Positions 54,157-64,000 of a stretch of DNA of 64,000 nucleotides are shown one piece after another. Each line of letters begins with the position of its first letter. Within the stretch, counting starts at the first letter, position 1. The DNA is from Eledone cirrhosa (Eukaryota), in assembly GCA_964016885.1 (NCBI GenBank), contig OZ024742.1:172918001-172982000 (forward strand), read 5' to 3'. Both the position numbers and the translations under genes were made by a program. The notes under the pieces are model-generated. The model was given only the letters and a program-made list of their open reading frames with translations. It made no database searches and was not told the DNA's origin.

Positions 54157-55450
54157 TCATAAGTTTCAAGTGTGTTATATATCGAATTGTTGGAAGAGTA
54201 TTACGTGGAATTCATATTATGAAGATTATACATGCAAAAACTTATATACAGTTATAATTTGTAAATTCCCATCTTCATACAATTTTTAAAAATAACATCT
54301 ATTGACGTAGAATATATCTGAAATTCAAAATGCACACACACGCACACTTTCACACACACACACACATATATATATATATGTGTGTGTGTATTTGTGTGTG
54401 TTCTTGCTGGTCACTCTATCATGCTTGAAACGTCCGTAGACTTTAGAATGTTCTTAATGGCAGGCTGCAATCAGCAAGTCTGGTTTTCATAGAATACATC
54501 AGACCACAATTAGAGAATAATTTTCAATTTTTTTTCTTGTTTTTACTAGAATTGAAAAATAATATTATCGGTTGTTTAATGTGCCCCCCCCCCCCCACCT
54601 CTTGGTTATAGCATTGGCTATATTACCGCCTATGATTCCATTTCAGGGCTTCCGTTGGTCTTTGTAAAAAATGGCATATTGACAAGCTGAGGAAATAGAA
54701 ATATATGGCTAGAGAAACGATTGTACTTCAATGACAAAATTATTATAGTGTGTGTGTATATATGTATATATGTATGCATGTGTGTGTGTTTATGTGTTTA
54801 CATGTAAATATATATTTAATACTTACAGTAATATATTTGCAAACAAAATATTCATACATTCAACGATTCACTAATAGAAAGAGCAGCGAAATTTTGGTAT
54901 ACAATTTAACAGTCTAACACATACAATAGAAATACAGAGAGAAATTTAACTCAGTATGTAGTACATAGAGAACACCCATCGGTATACGTGAACCAGACAT
55001 GAAATCTATTAAATAAAACAAATTCACATTGCCTACAAAATAGATAAACACGTTATCGAAAAAGCAATGATCAAACAGAACGGAGCTTGCATTACACCCA
55101 ATTTGTATCTAACATTAATATTAAGCGAGAAAAGTATACAAACAGAGGAGAAAAATGGTATCAACATTAAAACATACGCTTCAAATGTTATATGTAGAAT
55201 TGTTATGCCGAATGTAATATACGAATTTACATGTTAACATGAAAGTTATAAATACACATGGCGCTAACTCATAAATTGGAATTGTAAAAATGTAATATGC
55301 CTACGCATATCTACTTCCCTTCGCAATGGTGTTGTTTCAGGGGCTCAACAGAAGTGCGTTGCAACTACTTGGACGTGTCATATAATATGGCCCTAGCATC
55401 TAACGGTCCCCTGCAAGTGACATTTGGTAAGCCGAAATTGCAAAAGCTCA

Positions 55451-55499
<49 letters not shown>

Positions 55500-55571
55500 C
55501 TCTCTCGCTCTCTCTCGCTCTCCCTCTCTCTCTCTCTCTCCCTCTCTCTCTCCATCTCCCTCTCCCTCTCC

Positions 55572-55603
<32 letters not shown>

Positions 55604-55856
55604 GCGTTTAAGTGTGTGTGTGTGTTTGTGCCTATGTGTGTGTGTGTTCCAACGATCCTACATGTACACATGTGAAATATCAAAATAACAATATAACAAG
55701 ACACATCATTTGCCACAATTAAGAATATGTATATACATATATATAATATAATGAAATTATTGTGTAAAGTGCTCAGGTGCACTACAACTCGTGAAAGGTG
55801 TATGTATAGTACATAGAATAATACACAAATGTCAGGGAAGTACATGTGTGTATGTG

Positions 55857-56158
55857 TTAGCTGTAGTGTTGGCGGATCTCGGGAAGCATGGAGGCCTTAA
55901 AGGATGCAGTGTCTCGACAGCTAACAACTGATGCAGGTAGTTTGTTCCATGCTTCAGCAACTCTGAGCGGGAAAAAATGTTTCCGAAATTCATGGGAACT
56001 GTGCTGTTTTCTTACTTTGTGGGCATGTCCACGTGTGTTGGACACATGGAAACCAAAAAGGTACTCAGGGTTGTTGTTGGCAACATGGTTAATAATTGTG
56101 TGGGTCTTTACCAAGTCAGTTGCCAGGCGTCGGAGCTTCAATGTATCCACGCCCAGGG
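55857..56158 (-). pseudogene. CR1/L2-like LINE 3' end
   Basis: TLKLRRLATDLVKTHTII...NTRGHAHKVRKQHSSHEFRKHFFPLRVAEAWNKLPASVVSCRDTASFK. Confidence 0.88.
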
Positions 56159-56170
56159 ATATATATTATA

Positions 56171-56257
<87 letters not shown>

Positions 56258-56263
56258 AATAAG

Positions 56264-56700
56264 GTTAAATAAAAGTCAAATGATTAAAATTTAGCTTGTT
56301 TATTACTGTTATATATATTTCAGTGACAGCCATCTTTGGCTGTGACCTCTTCAGGCAGTTTGAATTAGTATGGTATAGACAAGTACATATGTTGTTTAGG
56401 TGTATGATATTGTCAATACTCTGATATGCCCAGTTCCTTGTTGGGTTGTTAATTCACTGGGGAACAGGAGTCATATGACTGGAGTCATATGACTCAAGTT
56501 CCCCAGTGAATTAACAACCCAACAAGGAACTGGGCATATCAGAGTATTGACAATATCATACACCTAAACAACATATGTACTTGTCTATACCATACTAATT
56601 CAAACTGCCTGAAGAGGTCACAGCCAAAGATGGCTGTCACTGAAATATATATAACAGTAATAAACGAAGCTAAATTTTAATCATTTGACTTTTATTTAAC
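56264..56700. mobile_element. Near-perfect 437-bp palindrome with outward HHRs at 56305-56359(-) and 56604-56658(+)
   Basis: actgc CTGAAGA ggtc acagcca aaga tggctgt cact GAAA tatat ATA acagt. The centre is a duplicated palindrome gagtcatatgact. Confidence 0.85.
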
Positions 56701-56800
56701 TTTATTTTAAACTACTCCGGAGTAACCAAACCAAGTTGCGCACTTCGTCGAGTGCTCCAGCCTGCATACTGAGGTGTTGGTATACAACCAACTTAAATTC

Positions 56801-56922
<122 letters not shown>

Positions 56923-57089
56923 TTATATATATATATATACACAATATATAGAGAAACACATAGATGCATGCGGACACACACATATACATGAATATATCCA
57001 CATCTATCCTTGAGTTAACCGGTGTTGCTCTATGAATAACTGGGGCAAACCAATCCGAATGGATTAGACTGAACCAGAATCAGAACTAT

Positions 57090-57628
57090 AAGTACATTAT
57101 GAAGAGAGAAGAAACATTAGATATAATTAGTAATAAGATGTATCATACCTAAACTGCTATGTGTGTGTCCGCATGTATCTGTGTGTTTCTCTATGTATTG
57201 TTTATAACTCCCTTTGGTCGAGTAACCCTTGAAGTGTAGTGACTGCTAGAAAGCTACCATTATTTATACTTCTTGCCTCCTTAGCCACCTCTTCTACGGC
57301 CTCGATATAAATACCCCCTTCGCCTCCGTGGTATTTTGTTCATGGTTATAAGAGGCTTGGCTCTGTTTCTTGACCGCTGTATCACGTGATTGACTCCCCC
57401 TCCGCCTTTTGGGATTCTATCTCGCATCTTACAGACGTGTTTTTGAAACATTTAATGAGGTATCCTCTTGATAATTCGGCAGACCTCACAAAAATTCTAT
57501 ATCTCTGTGATGTATTGTTTTTGATTATGCCACGAAACTACGTAGTCGAGGAATTTAGAAGTAGTTTAGGTATGATACATCTTATTACTAATTATATCTA
57601 ATGTTTCTTTTCTCTTCATAATGTACTA
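57090..57628 (+). mobile_element. PLE-derived mini-element: inverted tail plus U3-A8 variant HHR (57463-57552)
   Basis: 57090-57156 is inverted relative to 57563-57628. HHR reads tcctc TTGATAA ttc ggca...tgcc ac GAAA ctacgta GTC gagga. Confidence 0.78.
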
Positions 57629-57795
57629 TATATATATATATATATATATATTCAGGTTTGAGGTTCACCACTGTATAGAGCTGGTCTATTCCGTATGGTC
57701 AATCGTAATGCAATAATATAGAGAGTACTCAACGTAAAGCAGTTCAACCGTCTTTGTTTTTGTAGTTTGTGGTGCTATTACGGAGTTAAATATTA

Positions 57796-58229
57796 TAATG
57801 AAATGACAGGAGGCTGGATTTGTGTAAATCCTTGAAAAGTTTATTATACTATGATCATTTCAATGACCCGGTTCCGTATGAATCCGGTGATATCATCAGG
57901 TATTCGAAATATAATACGTGAATGTAATAGGTAAAATCCATGGGGCTGAAAATCGAGACCCGAGGGCGACCGCTATTCTGTTCCTTCAACCTCAGCCGGT
58001 CGCCCTGGAGTGACGTGGCTAAATTTTATAGTATGCTACTACCGGTCAGATGAACGAAAACAGAAAGAGATGGGAGCATAGGTTAACGTCGATCCCATTT
58101 TACATTTACGTATTATATTTCGAATACCTGATGATATCACCGGATTCATACGGAACCCGGTCATTGAAATGATCATAGTATAATAAACCTTTCAAGGATT
58201 TACACAAATCCAGCCTCCTGTCATTTCAT

Positions 58230-58231
<2 letters not shown>
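57796..58231. mobile_element. Fold-back mini-element with outward HHRs at 57846-57903(-) and 58124-58181(+)
   Basis: atac CTGATGA tatc accgg attc atacg gaac ccggt catt GAAA tgatc ATA gtat; arms of about 130 bp. Confidence 0.87.
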
Positions 58232-58295
<64 letters not shown>

Positions 58296-58299
58296 CGTT

Positions 58300-58538
58300 T
58301 CTGAATTTGTTTAGCAAGATTCTTTATCTGAAATCGTGTGTTGAAACCGATATTGTTATACTTTGGGAGGGTCATGTTGCCAATAAGAAACATACGCACC
58401 AGTGCTTTCACTTCAATTTATTATAATAAACCAGAAATTTATAAATTTATAATAAATTTATTATAATAAATTGAAGTGAAAGCAACTGGTGCGTGTGTTT
58501 CTTATTGGCAACATGACCTTCCCAAAGTATAACAATAT
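58300..58538. repeat. PLE-tail palindrome (family of 17950 and 41945)
   Basis: atattgttatactttggg...cacttcaatttattataataaa is mirrored by tttattataataaattgaagtg...cccaaagtataacaatat. Confidence 0.8.
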
Positions 58539-58556
58539 ATATATATATATATATAT

Positions 58557-58670
58557 ATCTTCCCCTTCTACAAGTGCTCAGATTCGTTCACACAGCAACA
58601 AAGAATAAACAAAGAAAATATATTCCTTAACAAATTTAAACCAAAACTAAACGGGTTATCACCCCAATAG
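58557..58670 (+). pseudogene. PLE GIY-YIG extreme C-terminus
   Basis: Manual translation IFPFYKCSDSFTQQQRINKENIFLNKFKPKLNGLSPQ* has the RxxxExxxIxxxxPxLN pattern; an HHR-like motif follows about 1 kb downstream. Confidence 0.65.
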
Positions 58671-58965
58671 AATTGTCATAAAATATAAACACACATACGC
58701 ACCGAATCACTACTATTAAAGACCAGAGACCAATTCTGTAGAATCAGGTTTATTCGTTGACAGACCATGCCTTTGTGTGACCAACACATCCATGTTAAAC
58801 CCTGCACGTGAACACACATATATCTATATATATATGCGCACACAGAATTCACCACTGTCGGTTGCGGGGCCCAATCTACATGAAGAACTCAATGTGATCA
58901 GAATGACTTGTAATTTAATTTTACTGTCCTAACTTCTTGTATTATGGAAAACATATATGTGTCTG

Positions 58966-59066
<101 letters not shown>

Positions 59067-59127
59067 ATATATATATGTGTGTGTGTGTGTATGTATGTGT
59101 GTATCTGGATGTATGTGTATGTATATA

Positions 59128-59158
<31 letters not shown>

Positions 59159-59223
59159 GTGTGTATGTGTATATATGTGTGTGTGTGTATGTGTGTATGT
59201 ATATGTATGTGTGTGTGTATGTA

Positions 59224-59263
<40 letters not shown>

Positions 59264-59633
59264 AGTATATGTATATGTATATGTATGTATGTGTGGATGA
59301 AGGTATGTGTGTATATATATAGGTGTAAGTGCACTAAATCCCTTTCTATCACGCTCCACTCTCCTACCCACCACAGGAAGATATGTGTATGTATATTGCT
59401 TCCACCCCCTCACTGACCAGCAGCTGGCCAGTTGGCGATTGCTAAATGTGACCTTTATAAAATAACCCACACCCAAATAACTTCTCATTCACTACCAGAA
59501 AGGGAAACAGCAGTCAACCTGTTGTTGCTACCTAGATGAAATATGCTATGAAATCCCACAATGAATTTTATACTTGAATTTTCAAATCTCAAATTTTAAC
59601 TCTTCGTATTATTAATTTTTCTTAATATTAATC

Positions 59634-59681
59634 AACATTTGAAAAGATGGCTTTTGCAGACCCATCGAAACCGGTCATTTT
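59634..59681 (+). ncRNA. Minimal hammerhead motif, U3-A8 variant
   Basis: aacat TTGAAAA gatgg cttttgcagac ccatc GAAA ccg GTC atttt; stem I has one mismatch. Confidence 0.62.
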
Positions 59682-59817
59682 TTATACCCTTTATTATTTC
59701 CTGACCTTATAAAATTATGTTTTTTCACAAAAAAGTATTCTGTCTCTTATATATTCCATGTGCCATTACCAACCTCAATTTTCTCTATAACCTTCGTTTT
59801 GTGTAGAAAATTACACT

Positions 59818-59908
<91 letters not shown>

Positions 59909-60258
59909 CATACATACACACAGACACACATATATATATGTATATATATATATATATATATACATATATATATACATACATATAGTATATACCGTGTGTG
60001 TGTGTGTGTATGTGTGTGTGTGGTTGGTATAGCAAATTAATTGTTTCTTTCCTATATTTCAACTTCAGATATTCCAGTGGAGTTTCTGATTTTTGTAAAT
60101 GGACACATCAGGAGCCAAACATATTTGTCATGAACAATTTTTATATATTTTAGAAAAATGCAGTGAAACGACAAACTTATACAATATCAATACATTTACA
60201 ATGATCACAAGATATATGCTGATACAAATTATAATTAAAAACAACTTGAATTATAAAA

Positions 60259-60450
60259 GCGGTGGATTAGCAGTATCGGTAGAGGGTCGGACGCCATGCT
60301 TGGTGCATAGAGTTTTGGCCCTTTATGATCTGAGTTCAAATCCCACCGAGGTTAACTTTGTTTTTCATCCTTACGGGGGTCGATATAATAAAGTACCAGT
60401 AATGCACTGGGAAAATTGCTGGCCTTGTGCCAAAAGTAGAAACAATTATA
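60259..60450 (+). mobile_element. tRNA-derived SINE
   Basis: Family A/B boxes and core. Confidence 0.85.
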
Positions 60451-60549
60451 ATTAAAAACAACACACACACTTTTTTCTATCTTTCGTTTTCTAATCCTGA
60501 ACTATTGTACTTCACTTTGGGTTATACTGTAATAGTTCATAATCTTCAT

Positions 60550-60733
60550 TGGATTGGCAGTATCGGTGGAGAGTCGGACGCCATGCTTTCCAGCATAGTT
60601 ACGTCCCTTTACGGTTTGAGTTCAAATCCCGCCGAGTTTTACTTCGCCTTTCATCCTCACAGGGTCGATAAAATAAAGTACCAGTAATGCACTGGCTATT
60701 TGCTGGCCTTGTGCCTAAAGTAGAAACAATTAT
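60550..60733 (+). mobile_element. tRNA-derived SINE
   Basis: Family A/B boxes and core. Confidence 0.85.
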
Positions 60734-61573
60734 TAAGAAGAGATAAGCTCGAAGCACATTTTTTAGCACTTCGTTCTTCAGGAGTGAACGCAAACTGGGT
60801 GAATAAGCGGCTGTTCCACTAGCAGAGCACTTACAATTTAACATTTAAGAAATCCCAGGTTAGTATTATTATTATCCAGTTATACATCACTACGCATGTT
60901 TCATTGCGGCAAGAGTAAACTATCCATTTGCGGAGAAAACTGGATATTACCAGTAAGTTATTTACTTCGCTACAGATGTTTTACCCAAACAGTATCTTTT
61001 CAGGAAATGTATATGTGGTAACATGCTGATAATATCTAATTTTCCCCACAAACGGATGGCATACTCTAGCCCCATTAAAATTACCGTAGTGATGTATACA
61101 TAGATACTAATAATATTATCCATTGTTTTCTTGAATTTTGAATTATATATATATACGACTGTCCATCGCATTTCCTGCGTACTAAACGTCACTCACAATG
61201 TGTATATGTGTGTTTATATGTGAATGCATTTCTATGTGTGTGTGCCTGCACTTCTAATGTAGTTCACGTATAAATATGTGTTTTCATTGACGGACTGGCC
61301 AGGTTGCAAGGTTGCTCAATTGCAAGTTGACGCTAGGAGCCCACCGTAGTGTTTAGTGGCCAATGCTCTGCTTTCAAAATATCTTTGAAAAATGTCTTAG
61401 AGAAAGAATAAAACATCTAAAATATATATTAATAAATAAGCAAAGCATTTGGTCAAACAATTCCCAAAGAAATTAATATATAACAAAATATATGATAGTG
61501 CTAACATATGGAATCACTGGTTACTGTCTTTGTTCATGCATGCATACATGAACACACACACACACACACACAG

Positions 61574-61642
<69 letters not shown>

Positions 61643-61799
61643 GTACACACGCATATATTTATATATATCAAAAGGTATTTGGCCAGCAGCTCATGTGTAT
61701 TTGTAAGGATATAAATATAGCATTGGCCGAAAACGCAATACCAGCTAAAAATATAGCAGCTGCTTTAGACTCTAGGGATTGTTCATTATTTGATACTAT

Positions 61800-61985
61800 T
61801 GGTGGATTGGCAGTATCGGTAGAGGGTCGGATGCCATGCTTTGATGCATAGAGTTACGGCCCCTGCCATTCTGAGTTCAAATCCCGCTGAGGTTAACTTT
61901 GAGTTTCATCCTTACGGGGTCGATAAAGTAAAGTACCAGTAATGTACTGTTTAATTACTGACCATGTGCCAAAAGAAGAAACAGT
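61800..61985 (+). mobile_element. tRNA-derived SINE
   Basis: Family A/B boxes and core. Confidence 0.85.
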
Positions 61986-62255
61986 TATTTGTTACTATTT
62001 AATAGTTTTATTATTCATATATATTATCATTTAATCTCAGTATATTAATCATTTACTTTTATAACCCTCAGGTTCCCCCATAATTCTTTTTCGCTAGCAT
62101 AATTCCATACACATTCCTTAGAATTTGCTGTATAGAATTCACTTTCAACGCTTGACCGGCTCCAACCACTCCCCCATTGTTCTACAGGCAAGTTCAACCA
62201 CACCCACCTACCACCTAACGCCATGCAAGACTTAATTATGTTTAAAAGAAATGTT

Positions 62256-62346
62256 GACCAATCCTTTTGACAACTATAACCCTTCCCGTATAAGGAATTA
62301 CTCCTGAAAATTTCGGCTATTTATTGCCACGCTAAAAATTAAACAT

Positions 62347-62408
<62 letters not shown>

Positions 62409-62556
62409 AAATGTTTAACCCCGACAGCAGAGCTCAAGCCGTTTCGACGGCTATTTCTGGACTAAATTAGAATTTTTAGCGTGGTAATAAATAGCCGAGC
62501 ATTTCAGGGGTAATTCCTTATACGGGAAGATTATAGTTGTCAAAAGGATTGGCCAA
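62256..62556. mobile_element. Inverted-repeat element with decayed HHR at 62418-62511(-)
   Basis: 62256-62340 is inverted relative to 62471-62555. Minus strand: accc CTGAAAT gct cggctattt...aaatagccg tc GAAA cggc ttgagctct gct GTC ggggt. Confidence 0.65.
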
Positions 62557-62753
62557 AATTGTGTGTATGTGTGTATGTGTACATGTCTCTATAGAGATGT
62601 TTTCAACTTGTACAAACATGATTTGGCACTGATTCTCCCTAGGCATTTAGACTGAAAAACTGACCACTAATTGATTTAACATATGTCTTTAACCCATTGA
62701 TATCAAAAGGTATTTTGTTAGCAGCTCGTGTGTATTTGTAAGTATATATATAT

Positions 62754-62789
<36 letters not shown>

Positions 62790-62796
<7 letters not shown>

Positions 62797-63927
62797 TGGA
62801 AATCAGTAAAATCGAATCTCTGGCGTTTTGCAAGTAAATTCGGCCTACTTATATGAAGTGATGAGTTAGCAAAGCACTCGATAAGATAGGTCTCAGAGTT
62901 ATAACATACGTTTAAATAGCTTGACAAATCGAACATTGTGGTAGGCTAAACTAACACACAATATATACCAAAGGTACGATAAAACTAATCAGGTTGAGAA
63001 AAATACACCTGGACAAATCAAACGTGCATTTGAGTGTTTCTCTGACTCCGAAATCAAATAACAGACATACTTGAATGGCAAGGTCGTGGTATTGGTGACT
63101 GAACAGAGGACTCAGTTTATCAACAGGTTTTTGTTCTGCTTAGAATCAGGAGTGATAAAATATGATGCCGCTCTTATGACTGATAATCGAATCTATATTT
63201 ATCACGTGTTAATTCCGGCAAGGGAAATAACGCCTGGTTTTTGGCGGGTCAATTCAAATGCTAGCGAAAGGAAATATTTTAATTTCCGCTAATCATCATG
63301 ATAAGCTCTCGACTAGAAGTTATAAAACTAACACAAATAATTAACCAATCAACAGAATTTTCCAATTAAATTAATTGGTTAATTATTAAATCTAGGAGAT
63401 TAATATAATTGGAAATCAGTAAAATCGAATCTCTGGCGGTTTGCAAGTAAATTCGGCCTACATATATGAAGTGATGAGTTAGCAAAGCACTCGATAAGAT
63501 AGGTCTCAGAGTTATGACATACGTTTAAATAGGTTAACAGATCGAACATTGTGGTAGGCTAAACTAACACAATATATACCAAAGTAACGATAAAACTAAT
63601 CAGGTTGAGAAAAATACACCTGGACAAATCAAACGGGCATTTGAAGTGTTTCTCTGACTCCGAAATCAAATATCAGACTTACTTGGATGACAAGGTCGTG
63701 GTATTGGTGACTGAACAGAGGACTCAGTTTATCAACAGGTTTTCGTTCTGCTTAGAATCAGGAGTGATAAAATATGTTGCCGCTCTTATGGCTGCTAATC
63801 GAATCTATAGTTATCACGTGTTAATTCCGGCAAGGGAAATAACCCCAGGTTTTTGGTGGGTCAATTCAAATGCTAGCGAAAGGAAATATTTTAATTTCCG
63901 CTAATCATAATGATAAGCTCTCGACTA
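62790..63927. repeat. Direct repeat of about 525 bp, period about 612
   Basis: tataattggaaatcagtaaaatcgaatc...gataagctctcgacta occurs twice; ORFs 63071 and 63605 are paralogous. Confidence 0.9.
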
Positions 63928-64000
63928 TATATATATATCGAGACAGTGTGAGATTTTCTTTAGAACTGCTGGACTAACAACCTAGCAGTTCCCTCAAACA

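Overview
This is AT-rich eukaryotic genomic DNA, most likely from an animal. The dense (TA)n/(CA)n microsatellites and the SINE family suggest a cephalopod such as octopus; that is an inference. No host gene could be identified, and most ORFs in the track are microsatellite artefacts. The window is dominated by Penelope-like retroelements (PLEs). One young, 5'-truncated RT + GIY-YIG element, probably Naiad clade, forms a near-perfect 3-kb inverted duplication (8687-15366), and GIY-YIG relics of at least five other PLE families are present. The main hidden signal is RNA structure. Reading both strands gives roughly 30 intact or decayed type I hammerhead ribozyme (HHR) motifs from more than ten unrelated non-coding repeat families. 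These include a 466-474 bp HHR-containing tandem repeat (retrozyme-like), a 518-nt HHR-to-HHR direct repeat, and U4C and U3-A8 core variants. Many are palindromic fold-back mini-elements whose two HHRs always point outward and which sit in (TA)n tracts. Also present: about 10 tRNA-derived SINEs, RTE/CR1/Tx1 LINE relics and a probable non-autonomous Helitron. All folding was done by eye, and no ribozyme activity is demonstrated.
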